DNA of 64,000 nt. Source: Haplodiscus bocki (taxonomy: Eukaryota). Positions 11,850 through 26,031 of the stretch are shown in pieces (the first letter of the stretch is position 1; each line of letters starts with the position of its first letter). The notes beneath the pieces are model-generated. The model had not been told where the DNA came from and did no database searches. It saw nothing but the letters and a program-made list of their open reading frames with translations. Position numbers and translations under genes: made by a program. The stretch lies in contig OZ296655.1 in the NCBI GenBank assembly GCA_965655095.1, positions 67,022,001 to 67,086,000 on the forward strand. The letters run 5' to 3'.

Positions 11850-13000
11850 ATGATCCGTGTATTTACGAATTCTTTCACATGAAAACAATGTTTGTATTCA
11901 GAAAAAAATGATAATGTTTCTCAAACTAGTTGTCTGCCAGCTTTCTTGGGAACTGGGAAACGCTTTTCAACTCAGTATTACCTGTCAACAGGCTTCGCAG
12001 ATGTGCTGCGACAAAAATATTCTTCATATGAACGAAATACTTCTCTTTGAAAGGGAAATTGTAGAAACGGAACGAAGTTGCCCATTGACAGTCCAACCAC
12101 TTTAAAACTCTGAGCAGCTGTTGAAATTAAGTCAGTGGAAATTTGTTACAATATTTGCCTGAAAACTTTGACGTGAGGACATGCACGCAAAATCTTGGAA
12201 AGCTCAAGGCTTCCGCTGACCAAGAAACAACGAGAATATATTTATCGAAATGAGCAAAAACACAACTTTAATTGCCCATGGGCTGCGAGTAGTATGCCAC
12301 GAACAAAAAATTGTAGCTGGGAACCCTTGGTGATAGGCCACTGAACATCTTCATACAATGAAAGCTGCAAAAACTGGAAAAGACCATGGAAAATGAAAAA
12401 TGACTTCATCCTTGTCAATATGCATGTTTTGAGGATCAAAGATTTTGATTATGAAATTACTCCTCAAACGGAGAAACAAAACGAAACTCCCAAGCACGTA
12501 AAGGAAAAACAATTATCTTGAAGTGGTTCCATTCTAGAACAAATTAGGCAATAGAAGCGGAGAGGAAAAACTCTTATTTTTAAGCAAATTGAGCAAGTAA
12601 CATTTTTCGGTAGATTTTCGCAGCCCTGTATAATTACTGCAACTCCATGGTAAGGGATAGTTCCACAACTTCTTCTCTGGGCCTTGTGTAGGCGAACTGC
12701 ATCTACGTGTGAGATGAAAGCCACTAATGAAGTCATGAAAAATACGTTTTTCATATGCTTTTGGATTAGCCAGGAAAACTAACGTCGGTGGGCCAATAAG
12801 CTATAGGATATGAGCCTTCAAAAAATAAATTCTGGCAAAAGTCTTGAAATCTGCAAAAAAATTGAAGTAAAAAAGCATGGGGGCATGAACATACGCGCTC
12901 GGGTTTCCAGTATAGGCACCCAGTAACTGCGAAACAGCTTAGGATCCGTCAAAAAAGCCTCCATAGTCCATCCAGCTAAAAGGAGTAGATGGCAAAAGAA
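11850..13000. mobile_element. Decayed LINE RT C-terminal fragments
   Basis: KLFRSYWVPILE on the minus strand (~12900-12950; cf. LYKsyvRPiLEY) and SWELGNAFQLSITCQ on the plus strand (~11945; cf. W...n.l.fN..Kc). Confidence 0.3.
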
Positions 13001-14499
13001 AAGACCAGACTGTGTTGATGATGAAGGTTTTGGATCTGAATTACTTTCTTTAAAAGTTTTTTTTTCCGACAAAAAACGCCGTCAGTGAATCATTTGCAGC
13101 CAGCCACAAATTGAATTGATCTGAGGAAGGCCCAATAAAGCACCTGCTGAAACCGATGACGGAAAAAGTCCCTTCAAAAAGCATTTCCTGGAATAAGTCG
13201 AATTTCTGTGGAAAGTTTGCATAGAAGTTTCGACTTTGGAAAATTTTTCGCACTACGTTCTATTAGAATTAGATACAGGAGAGAAGAGTATTGATAGTTA
13301 ATCGAGATTTTTTCACCGTTCCCCCATGCTTTCTTCCTAGAGGGCAACACTCACAGTAAATTTGTTGAAAACGTATAATTTTTTCATCGATTTTCGGGAG
13401 AAGGAATATATTTTCCAAAAACACCCATCTACCAGTAAAATCAAGGAAAAGTAGAAGTATTTGATTGAAAACCTTCGTGGGTGCTAAGTAGAAAACAACT
13501 TCTTGGGAACCGCTCAGCAAAAACAAAACAGCAATAAACCAAAAAGAAATTAGAAGTTTCGTGATTTTCGGCTAAGTTTATTAATTTCGGACAATTTTTC
13601 GGCTGGCAGAAAATAATTTTCCGCTCTATAAACACAACTGGGACTAGTATTTAATAAATTTACCCGATTTGGACTAAACATTGGTTTGCATGTGCTACTA
13701 AAAAAATTGGTTCGAAAGTAGAACTAAACATGTTGAAATTTCTGACACTCTAATTGCTTCCACCGAAAACCAATGCTGCGGAATTAAATTCTGACGTTTT
13801 TTGTACGGCTGTTTCGTTTTAAATTGATGAGGAACAACACCTCCGAAAAAAGGATGAGTATCGTCTCATTTGATATCAGAAAAAGGACCTTTTCGTTCAC
13901 TTTCTCTGGGACTAAATTTTTGATATAATTGGAAGTCTCCAGAAGACAATTTGACATCTGCGGCAACTTTAGGCAAGTATGCAAGGCTCAACACCGTCTG
14001 AGACAAGCATTTTTTACGTCAAAAATTGCACTTTACGAGCTAAAAATACGAAACTTCAAAATGTTCCGTTTATAACACCAATGTTGGTGAAATTTTTTTC
14101 GAAACAAATTTCGGCCGAAAATATGCCAAAAATCAAGCGTCAAAACCTGTCAAAAATTTTTTGATTACCACAACAACCAGATAAAAGCGTTTCAAAAAAT
14201 CTGAGAGATATCACGTTTTCTGAAGAAAAGCCAAAAAACACGTTTCGTTTAGCCAAAAAAGGAGACCAGAAAGTCCATAGGATATTAACCAACTTTTCTT
14301 TCAAAAATCGTGGGCCCGGCTCGTCGCTCGATGATCTACCGCTGCACTGCCATTCATTTTCAAAACTTTACGGTGGAAAACCGTGTGGAAAACATTTTTT
14401 TTCGTTATACAGGTTTTCATTGCGATTACATCAAAAATTTTTAAAATTTCACGGCAAATTTAGCTATGTAGAGCCTTACGGAAAGCGCTGATCGGTTGC

Positions 14500-15560
14500 T
14501 GGTTTTTGTCCAAATTTTGGTTGTTTTTGCAAAAGATGATTCAAAAGTGCAAGGAAAAGCGCCACATTGGAATGATAGAAGTTGAATTCTCAGGCAGAAC
14601 GATGTCAAGCCAAGGCGTTTCAACTCAAGTTCAAAAAATTAGGGCATTTCTGAGTACAATTAATCATCCAAAACCCAGAAAGACCCTAAACGCTGCAATT
14701 GATTCGCGACGTAAAACAAAAATATATTTTCAGCAATGGCGAGAAACTGTATCCCTTCTACAAGAAAGTTAAGGGGGATACACCCAATAACAAAACAACC
14801 AAACTAATACAGCCTTTTGATTCTGAGATCAAAGTACTGAATGATAGTTCCCATAAAACTCCTAAACGGCCTCTTCCTGGAAAACAACTTGTACACAAGA
14901 CTAGAGCAAACTTCAAAAATCCCGGGTATGGCTTCTTGATGGAGGATAATAACGAACAGAGGATCCAATCAAAGCAAAAACACTGCAGCCCACCAGCTCT
15001 TGGTTCGAAGTTCTTCTGTGATTTCGAACTCAAAACTGTAAAAAATGTACGATGAACTATAGAGCTAAATACATGGTTTTCAATGAGTTTGGACACATCT
15101 AGTAGGAAGCAACTCAACAAACTATTGTACTCACAGATCACGATTTGGTTACACATTACACATTTCTTTTGGGAAGAAGTAGTTCCATCAAACCTGTGGA
15201 TAGCGTTTTATTACGTTCTCCCATTTCATTTCAGAAAAGCATACGTTCCAGTCCAAATCAACACTGCAGATGACATTCTCACCAAACTGTAACTTAAGGT
15301 TACGAAGAAGGGCTGACTTAAGTTTTGGGAAGAAGAACAGACAGAGTCAATTGAAGCTACATTTTTGTCATCTGATGTTGCAGTTGAACAGAAAGGTTTT
15401 CAAACAGAAAAAGACAACAACGATTAAAAACCAAAACAAGTCTTATTACAAAAAGAAGCCTCAAAAACGACGAAAATTGGGATTTGAAAGGGGCGCCGAC
15501 CAAACTGAAACATACCACCAAAATAACAATCCTCAAAGAGTTGAAGATGTTCACCCCAAA
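14500..15560 (+). mobile_element. Ty3/Gypsy pol remnant (RT C-terminus and RNase H), frameshifted
   Basis: RPLPGKQLVHKTRANFKNPGYGFLMED...PPALGSKFF (cf. L.TDAS..a.GyvL...pvAf.Sk.f) followed by LWIAFYYVLPFHFRKAYVPVQINTADDILTKL (cf. W...l..f.f.i.h.pG..N..AD.LSRL). Confidence 0.75.
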
Positions 15561-17499
15561 AAGTAAAGGTACTCAACAAAAGTATCCTCCAAATCTTTTT
15601 TCTAAACCTTTTCAAATAATTTGTATTGAGTTAAATACAAGAAAGCAATTAAGATAACGCCCTAGTTGAAGACTGTCGCCATTGTTCTTTTGCAATGTTG
15701 TCAGTCTCTTTCAAAGTAGAGAAATTGAAGGCCACACTTCTTTGATGTTGCTGACAACATCGAATATTCCTGGCATAGAGATGTTGTTGGCTTCAGTTAC
15801 TCTCCGAAGAGCTAGCCGGAATTGTTTTAAATTATTACGATTTCCGCCCATGAGGCAATCCACGATAAGCACTGACATTGAGAGGATTTTCAGAATCCTG
15901 TAGACAACAGTTTCATAGAAGCAGTGTTTAAACAGTTGCAGTTGGACCGCAGAATAATTTACTACTTGTTTTTTTAACCAATTGCTAGGTACTACTTTTG
16001 TACTTCCAGAAAGACATCTTATACACAAGAAATAGAAACGTGAGGTGTGCGCTATCAGAACTGACAATGCTCCTCAGAGCCACCACCTTGATTGTCATAT
16101 CCCCAATATAAACTTATCAAAGGCTTTTAGAAGAAGCTCTGTGCTGCAAGCTTGAATATCGCTTGCCGTAGAAATGGAATACCTGGAACTCCCAGCTAGA
16201 AGAATCAATCGTCTGGTTACTACAACAGCTAGTTTCCATTCGACCTGACTCTTTGTCTCACAAGTTGTAGACACGTCTCCTGTTCCGTTTCCTGCCGTCT
16301 CTTCCTCAGCCTCTATTAACAGAAAGAAAAAAGTCACACTCACTGCATCCTAGCAAATAGACACACAAGAGAGATTCCAAATCTCAGAAATCTCCGTTAC
16401 TCGGAAATCATGACATCATCACAAGAAGTGAAGTTCCCTAGTTTGAACTCGCTGTCGGAATCAAATGTCCAAACTAATCCAGTTTTGCTCGAACGAGAAA
16501 AAAGTTCTCCAGCGTTACCGTACATTGAGACAACAAAATCACACAAAAGTCAACTACATCTGTTTTCTGCGCACGTGAAAGCTAACTTCAAAAGATGCAT
16601 CAATTGGCAGTTGTGATTTTTTACTATTTTTTCTGGAAAATCAGAAAACATAAATTAGCAAAAAGCAGCCCAGATGTATCCAAAACCACCTGTTTTACCC
16701 AATGTCTCCTCGTAGGTAACACCATGAGACTCCACTCTAGCCACAGTTCTGTGTCTTTCTAACAACAGAAACAACAGGATCTTCGTCGTCAATTTCAAAT
16801 CGTTCGTTTTCCAATATGTTGCCTTCGAACTCACTAAATGCACTTTTGGCCAGAATCTTTCTCCTGATCGTTTTCCGCATCATGTCGGGCTGATCACTCC
16901 AGCTGTGATTCCCCAAATTAAAGAACTCATCCACCTCGGGAGAAAACAAGTGTGAACGAGGAGACGAATGACGATCGGTTCCAGAAGGAACTTTGTCCGT
17001 ATGAAATAAAACTGCTAAATAAGATGGATCATACTCAATTTCTTGGGGCCATTTCCGTACGTCGAAAACAGAGCTGATGAGCAACTGATTTTTGGTTGCT
17101 GCGGTGATATCATATTGCTTTTAAATTAATTATTCATCAAAATTTGATTGTACTGTATGTACTGTGTTTCTTTGTTTACATTTATAATCTAGTGATTACT
17201 TCATCCATTTACAATGTGCGTGACATCACTGCTATAACCCGAAGAACAATAATTTCACCCAATCTTTCAAACAAAAGTAAGCTGAAGCTCCTGGAGAAGC
17301 CTATCATATACACTGGAGTGATCGAGCACTAGGCACAAAACCATGGAAACATTCCTTCGTCCTTCTGGCTAGTTAGTTTTTGAGCCTCGGTTTTCCGGGC
17401 AGGGTTCTACGATTGCGGAGAATATGCTGTTAATTGGGTTAAAAACCAGCGCATCGGGTTATCTTTCTAGTGCAAACTTGAAAATATCACGTAAAAACT

Positions 17500-20400
17500 T
17501 GCCTGTCACCAGGTGATCATATAATGTTTCTGAATACTATGAATAAAAAGAAAGAATCAATTGAATTTCCCAGCTCACCATACACCCAATTACCCGAATA
17601 ACTTTATAATTCAATATGACGTTTAAGTTTTTACTGATCGCGGATCTTGCTTACAGCCTCTTGTTGTACTTCTAACGTGGTCACTTGGCTGCCCAACATC
17701 GCTCGAGAATAACTTCACGGTCCCTTCGAAATTTTGACGTTTAATGTCATCTACGCAAGACTTTCTGATGCTGGGTGCCTTCTGTTGCAAAAATCAGATT
17801 TTAGGAGTTAGAATCCCTGCAAAATTCTTACTCAAGTGGATACTGCATGGAACTCTTATATTGCATTAAGATGTACAGGAACTCTATCTTTTGGAACACA
17901 GCAATCTCGGGCATTCAACTTTCATCTTTTGTCGATATTTTTTCACAGCATCAAGAAAAATCAAAGAGTTCTCCAGCAGAGCAAAAAACCTATTGAGCAA
18001 GAGAAAGTATAATTTTTTATAACGTCGGCGCAGGAGTCATTGATGGAACTATACGATAATTTGTTTTAAAACAAGCAGTAACTTTTGTCCGCAAACAACA
18101 TTGAAAGATGAGACTTCATCCATCTGTAGCATCTTTCCACGTTTCAAAATATCATGTTTTTGTGCAAGCGTTAAAACTGACTCATTGAAAATATAACAAT
18201 TTACTAGAAAATTTTGATATCAACATTGTAGCAAGAAGCCGAATGGTAAACTTGCAGGTGAGTGGTATTTCAGAAAAATCAACATTCGAAATAAACCAAA
18301 GGGTATATAGAAACTGCTAAGTATTTTGTATAGTTGCCTTTCAAATAAGCATGGTGTCATCCCCAGGAACCTTATTGAACATTGCTTTTGAAAAAGGCAA
18401 TCAATCTTTACTAATTGCAATTTTGGTGCTAGTGGACTATCAGATCACCTAGGCCAGTTAGCAAATTGGGTTTTAATTTGTCACTTCTATGTTTTTTTTC
18501 ACATATAGAATGATGCCAATGCAGAAACTGATGAAAAAATCCAGTCAGTAGTTTTGAAAAACAAAGCCTTGAAAATAGGGAATTCTCATAACACATTGTT
18601 TTTCAGAAAACTCTCGGCACAACAAAGTTGCGATGTGTAGAACGAAACAGAATATAATATTTTCAAACAACGTCCACAAACAGACAGTTGTCGATCGAAA
18701 CAGTTGTGAAGGAAATCTGAATAGGGGTAGAAGAAGAAGTGAGTTTGAAGGACGACGAAATCATTCTGCTTATAGCAATTTTTAAAAAGTTTTTCTTTCA
18801 GTTATGCGATAGAAGTGAGAGTATGACATAATGCTTCAATGAGTTTTTCTCACAAGTATTAGAAACATAAAGCCGTCGATTCAAACATCAACGATGAAAT
18901 GAAGCAGGTGACAAAAGAAGAAAAAAGTGTGAATGTTGAGAAAAACTACGATTTTCAGCAAATTTTGGAACTTTTGCCTGCCAGGTCTCCAATGAACGGG
19001 AAAACTTTGTGCATATTCAAATTAACAACATTCTACATGCGAAAACCTATCAATTAGGAAGTTCTTGAGAGATATCTAGCCGGTAACTGTAGAGAAGAAG
19101 AATGAAAACTTACTGCATTTTTTGGGATGTTTTGCCACTCACTCAGTAATTTTATTCGAGTTCCAAAGTCATTAATTGGGTTACTGCATAGTTGTTTATA
19201 ACAATAGGTTTGTTTTCTGAGCCCTTGATGGGAGAAATCCAATCAATGATTTTGAAGATAGATGAATTTGAATATCGATAAAAACCACTACTGCAAAGAA
19301 ATGTTGGAAATTTATGCTAGCGAAGTCTCCATATGAAAGAGACAATTTTGCATATTTTTTTTCAAAAAAAGTGTTTTTCAAATTTTAAAAACTCGATTAG
19401 GAACTTCGTTAGAGAAAAAAAGTTATGATGAAGTTGCAAAATTAGTTTGAATGTCGACAAAAGATAATTCTTATAGTATTTTTTGTCTCGTTCAACCATT
19501 TCAAACTCCGATGCGGGATAGAAGTGGAGAAATTTACTATTGCTTAACTTTCCAGAATTAAAAACTTGTTCTTTGAGACATAGCAAGAATCCGGTTCCTG
19601 GTTCCAGGAGATACTGACTTTCACAATCGGTGAAAACCCGAACTTGTAGCGGTTTCTGGAAATTGCAGGAGAAATCCTTTTCAATGAAAGCAAAGACTTA
19701 TTGATATTGTAATTGAATCTTCTTACCAGCCGTCTTTTTTAAAATTCATTTGACTTTATATTCATGATTTTTGTTAAGCAGTTGCCAAAACGATAACATT
19801 GAAAAGTTTTGCAGTACTCAATTATATAAAAATGCAACGTTCAAGTCTCTGAAACCAGCAGAACTTAATGCAGTTGATATAAAATCACAAATGTTAGAAT
19901 AAAAAAGCACGAAAACTTGTTTTCCACGCCTGATTATTTCCATTTTTGAGTTCTGTTCATTTCAAGTGTGTTGATATCGCTGGGAAGTCAACTAATAGTT
20001 CTGATGATATTCAATTTAAGTTTGCATCAAGTTTGCGTAAGACCTGATCCATTTATACATATGTGCCGTTAAAATGCCGGACGTACCAGAAATGCTCTAG
20101 TTCGGATATTTGATGCTTAAAATTTTTTTTATCCAATTATTTATCCTTTGGGTACTAATTGTTCCAGTCAGTTTAGTTTTTCTTATATTCCGCTTCCAAT
20201 TTCTGTTGGGTTCACTACTTCGTCGCCATTTTTAGCGTTTCCGAACTGACGGGCAGCCTAAAAGAAAATTAAGCTTTCTGAGGTTTTTTTTCACCATCTT
20301 CTCCAAGGAAGGTCGTCTTGTTTGAGGAAAAATCCAAGCCCAGTTGATTATAGTTGGCGAATTAGTGACACCGACTGAGATAATTAATGTTGTTCACTGT

Positions 20401-21652
20401 GTCTAAACGGGAATTTTTTTATGTAGCTCCAACAACATCGTAGATGCGTTGACTGATGAAGTATTTCTTGTTCCCATGTCGTGATGTGGAGTTGCTTGAT
20501 ATCAACTAAACTTTAACTATTTTGGCTTAAAATGCGGTGGAAATCGAAAAATCTGATACATGCAAAACACGATCATTTGCATCATAGAACTTGGACATTT
20601 TTAATGACTTGTTGTCATTTAAACTTTACGTGTAACCCACAAAATCCCGCAAGGTTTCACAAAAATCACGGAAACAATTGTTGATTTTCAACGCAAGAGA
20701 CAAAATTTAGGCATCAAAGTTCTCAAATAAATCCCTGAAAATCATCCAAGAAACGTTAGGTAACCTAGAAAATTCAAATTTTAGGTAAAAACAAAGACTT
20801 CATGCAACTTTAAAAATAGTATTGCTAATTAGCGCATTAGTGGTTTTGATTTGATGGAAACAATTTGGTAGAAAAAAAGTGTACGAAGTCGTCAAAATTT
20901 AAATGTATCATGTTTTCATCAGAAAACCGAAAACTATCAGATAAGTTCAATAGGCCCCAACCAATAGGTTGAGTTGAACAAAATCAGAAGCTCACATTTT
21001 GTTAGCCTTGATCCCATTAGCTCGGTTGATCTACTTCTTAGGAGACAATTATACTTGCAAACAAAATACCGTGTTGAAAGCTTTAAAAAATTGAGACTCA
21101 TGCTTTTTGGCATTTCTGTTTTGCTTCAGCTCATGAACCTATCTCATAAATTTTGACCTTGTGCTGAACAGAAGATGCGTTCACTCTTATGTCCATACAA
21201 TCNNNNNNNNNNNNNNNNNNNNNNNNNNNNNNNNNNNNNNNNNNNNNNNNNNNNNNNNNNNNNNNNNNNNNNNNNNNNNNNNNNNNNNNNNNNNNNNNNN
21301 NNNNNNNNNNNNNNNNNNNNNNNNNNNNNNNNNNNNNNNNNNNNNNNNNNNNNNNNNNNNNNNNNNNNNNNNNNNNNNNNNNNNNNNNNNNNNNNNNNNN
21401 NNAGTTCAAATCCTGATTGAATAGTTTTAGATAGTGTCTCAAATTAAGTGGACTTTGGTCTATCGGTTTTTTGCTAAAACAAGTTGTACTAGAGATCAAA
21501 ACTTTCAAACGTCATTATCAGGAAATTGAAGTTTATATTCGTAAAATATGAATAGAAGCATCTTCCACAGCTTCGGGGTTAGTCACGTTTCCTTGCAGAT
21601 AATCCAAATGATATACTTGATAGACTACGAAGAATAATACAATAAAAAACAT
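17500..21652 (-). pseudogene. Decayed multi-CUB-domain-like coding sequence
   Basis: Minus-strand fragments: signal-like MFFIVLFFVVY..LQGNVTNP (ATG 21652), ISGTSGILTAHMY (~20090), LSYGDFASINF (~19330) and LIFLKYHSPASLPFGFLLQ (~18260) resemble CUB start (G.i.SpnyP) and end (v.F.sd....GF.l.y) motifs. Many stops; spans the N gap. Confidence 0.45.
21203..21402. other. Assembly gap (200 N)
   Basis: Run of exactly 200 N, typical of a fixed-size scaffolding gap. Confidence 0.99.
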
Positions 21653-24600
21653 ACTGGCAGCGTCGCAAAAACTTTTGATTGTAGAATTGTTTGCCACAAT
21701 TGTTAAAATTTTTAGAAAAACAAGTTCATAACCTAAAACCAACACGAAAATAATTCTGATCAATTTACCCCAAAATAAAAGTTCAAGGTGAACCAAAGAT
21801 TTGAAATAGACACACGAATACCTACAAGTGATTGAATTCCTCATACACCCCGTTCAGTAAAGACTCTAAATTAACTCCATTCTCTCTTTTTTGAACTTTT
21901 TTTCAAAGTGATAGTCCCTACGTCCTTGAAAAAGTTATCTTGAAATATATTTTGATGTAACCCATACAAATGATATTCGACTTGCAGACGAAATTGTTAT
22001 AGGGGCTCGCTAATTTATTCTTACTGCTTTTTTGTCTCACACTAAATCAACTACTAGTAGCTGAAAACATTTAAAAAATGTCGACCAAGCTCCTATTTTT
22101 TTGTTTAGTGTAACAATTATTAACATCACGTAAGAGAGCTGATAATTTATGTTTAGGGTTTGACCAAGATGGCGCATGCAGATTTATTGAAATGATTGGT
22201 GGCAACGAAAAAAATGAGAAACTTCCATGTTGATATTTATTCAGAAGACGTTGTCAGATTTGCAGATTATCGAGAACACGTTACAAATGAGTTGGGATAA
22301 AAATTGGTTTTGAAAAGAAACAAAGATAATGATGCCTTCAATCCTGTAGTTGAAGCTGATGCAAAAGTGACTTGAACGGTATCCGCTGGTAATGAACTAC
22401 AGCAAACACCAACTGAGTTCTGAGTTTAGATAATCTGAGAGCTCGGTCGGAAAACAAAATGTAAATAACCAATTTAATTTTTTTATTATCCAACAGGAGT
22501 ACGAACTAGAAATATTGTTCCAATTTATGTATTTATACGATTTCAATAAGAAAATTGGTTAAAACTTCAGCTAAAAAATAAGTACACTTTTTAGGACTAC
22601 CAGCTAAAAAATTCACAATGTCATATTGGGAAGGAAAAAAAATCCAAAAGTTGCTCAAAATTTCAGGCTGATGGGGGGAAAGGAAAATATTTCAAGCTTT
22701 AAAATTCAAACTGTAAACAACATAATACAGCAGCATAAAACAGATTATTTTTGAACTGGAAAAACGGATCATGGTTGAAGTGCAGTTGTTTTTGAAACAA
22801 TGCAGAAATAAATTTTATGTTACTGATACACATTATCGGAAAATGAATTCTTCTCCTCAACTAATCAAAGTAGATTTTTTTTTCTGAATTTGTTTCAGAA
22901 GCAACAGTGACTGGTTATGCTCTTATTTTGGCAAACGAAGGACTATCTTTTAGTAGTGATCATCAAAGACAATTTGCTTAAAAAAAACCTGCTAGTCAGA
23001 ATTCCAAGGAACTTCTTCAATATTCTTTAAAAATTTCCTTTTGTCATCAAATAAGTTTAATCCTATTTTATAATTTTTCGGTAAAAACTTCGTTACATGA
23101 GTATCATTTCTGATATGATATTTACCTACATAGTCTTTACCAACACTTTTTCCCCTAAAAGAGACAGATAACCTTTATAATGAGTTGCCGTATTGGAAGC
23201 GTTCGATATTCCTCCTAAATTTCACCCAAGTTACTTGATTATACGAATCAAACATAGTTTTTAATGAAAAATTTGAAACATCTCTACCGAAACATCCTAA
23301 AACTACGGCTGCAAATAATGATTGAGTACTCTTATTATATAAATTACTTGATTGGTGGGCTTTTTTTTCCGGGTAAATGAATATAACCTATTGATCGTAC
23401 ATCTGAATTTCTGAATTTTTTTTCAAACGGAAAACGTTTTTTTGCTCTAAGTTATTTTTTTTACCTCTTTCACCCATAAAAATTTCTTTGCCAGTTTCAT
23501 TGAAAAGTTGACACAGTTTGCTTGTTGTTCTTGCATCTCTTTTGCAAGTTTTTTTAACATTATCACTAACATTTTGATGACATCCAGATGGAGAAAGTTC
23601 AGATGAATCTGTTTTTGTGAAATAAATTGTTGAGACTGTTTCTGGTGATATATGTTTTTTGTCTCAGCATTATCTCAGCTGTTCACGGTACTCTTTCCAC
23701 ATCTAATATTTGAGTGCGAGTATGTTCCAAAGTTTAAATTCTTTTTTCGAAAGCACTTAATAAATTTAATACCTTTGTCCACGGAAAAAATCATGAGAAA
23801 AGGTTCCTCTTTTAGGCATGTTCTTTTATGATTCAAGAAAAGTCTTCCTGAAGTTGTTGATATCATACAAATTTCACATTAAAAGACCTCTACATTAAAA
23901 AAGCTTTTATTCCTGAAGTTTTTATTCCTAATTAAGTCATGTAGTTTTTTGGTGGAAAATTATTGCACCTGTATAAACTCAAATCAATTGTCTTCTGACT
24001 TTCACCTTTAAATTTCTCCTCAAGGATACCCCAATGGATCATCTCGTGGTAATCCGTATGGAAGTCTTATCACTTGTTTCTTGATCTCTAAGATTGAATC
24101 ATATTTTCTTTTTCATTTAGTCCAAAAAAATGCTCTAGGGTTATTCAATTCCTCTTGTCTTTCAATGTCATCAACATTTCGTCCGAGATCAAATCCGTCA
24201 GTTTTTAATCAATGGGATTTTTTATAGTTACGTGCGCTATTCAGATTATTTCTTAATGGATGTAAGTGAGCTACGATACTACACAACGCACAAATTTCAC
24301 CTTTTCTTCTATTTTCACGTTGGCTTGATCTTGAATTGTAATTCGTTAAAAAGATGCTCCTTTTGTTCTTTCTCTTTCAAATAAATTTACTCTCATTAAG
24401 TTTCTTTCTTAGGTCTCCCTTCTGATCCTCTATGCTCAAAGTTTCCCATCTCACCTTGTGTTTTTGATTCCATAATGAGATTCATTCATTTCTTAACCTA
24501 TAACTTTTTTATAAGAAAAAATAAAGTTTTGTTCTTCTTTCCTCTTGTTTTTCTGAAATGAAGCATAACATGAGACTTTGTATCGCATTTTCTTTCTGGC

Positions 24601-25752
24601 AACCAATTGAGAAGACTTAAAATAAATATATATGAGAAGACGTTCATCATTATTGATTCAGAGTATGTGTCTTTGGGTTCCTTATCAACGGAGAATTCTG
24701 GAAAAAAATTGAAGTTTTGCAGTCAATAATTTATTTTGAAATATCGTTTCTCGGTGTAAAGCAAAACGATTGATTTCGTTTTTTTCTATAATTAATTTTT
24801 GGTGATAGTGGTATCTTTATTTGTTGTCTTCGGTTGTGTTATCCATATTTCACAAATAACAGGAAACTTTCATTAAGTTTTACTAGATTTGATTTTGGTT
24901 TCGCCCTTCCCTGGTTTTTTCTGGTGTAACTGACTCTACATGTTTTTTCCGTTGTTTTCTCAAATCAGCTCCTGCCTTAAATAAATGACTCCTCTGCTTG
25001 GTTTTGCCGAGTCGTTTTTTCACAGTTTCCATGCTCCTCAGAACTTTCATGATCATCATATTCAGTGTTGTCTTTACTTTTTTTACGTCTGTCACATTTT
25101 TTTCTGCTGTAATAAATAAATGTTCTTCGTATTTGATCCAATTCTGGTAGCGAATTTTAAGTAGGGTTGTTTCAGAAGTCCTACAGTGTTTACTGTGTTT
25201 ACTGTTGTCAATTTGTACATTCATTTTTATAGTGGAGATATTTTCGATGCTTGAATTAGTTTATGTAAATAAACAAAAGTACTTTTTATCAATTGTTACT
25301 AGGTTTCTCGTTAGTTCTGTTAAGCATAATTGAGTGAGTAGTTGGAGTTTCAAAATAGTTAATTTTTTTAGCAGCAGTGCGTTTTTTTTGAAAAAAAATA
25401 ACTCCTTAAAAGTATGTTCTTTTGTTGATCGATGAAGACCAAAATGCATCTTTCGAGTAGAAGTTTTACATTAAACACAAAACATTTTACTGCCAAGATT
25501 TTAGATAAGTTTTTCATCAAAATCCGTAACTCTTCAACCAAAAAGTTCTTCGAAGACACTTGCAAGTGCATGTTTTTTCTGTTGACATGAAGGATACAAT
25601 ATCGAGAATAATAACTTTTTCCATTTTCTTGTGGTTATATTTCACTTTGTTTTCTATTTATATTGTTGTGATATATTATTATATTGTGGTAATAATATTA
25701 TATTTTTATAGCCTAATTGTTGTGATAAACTTATTTAATTATCGAAACAAAC

Positions 25753-26031
25753 AGACGTGGTAAATTCATTGAAGATCGCCAAAGAAAACTAATAGTCACT
25801 TTCTCATCACCATGGGATGCGCGTTTAGTAATATCTAGTGCAATTCAGAAAAAACTATTTGAAACCGATAAAATTCTTATTACAACGGATTTATCACCAT
25901 CAGATCTTGCAATAGAAAGAAAACTATTATCAAAGCGCTATGAACTGACAGCCAATGGTGTGCCAAAACAAACTCTGCAAATACGTTACTTGAAACTTTA
26001 TCAAGGCAATAAAGAATTAAACGTTGACTGA
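25753..26031 (+). CDS. LINE ORF1 C-terminal fragment
   Basis: RRGKFIEDRQRKLIVTFSSPWDARLVISSAIQKKLFETDKILITTDLSPSDLAIERKLLSKRYEL...NVD*; shows the CR1/L2 ORF1-type R.l.V.F and i.it.DL motifs. TGA at 26029-26031. Confidence 0.75.
   Translation, partial: RRGKFIEDRQRKLIVTFSSPWDARLVISSAIQKKLFETDKILITTDLSPSDLAIERKLLSKRYELTANGVPKQTLQIRYLKLYQGNKELNVD

Noticed and set aside
21131-21508. ORFs spanning the poly-X stretch
   Set aside because: Artefacts of translating through the 200-N gap.
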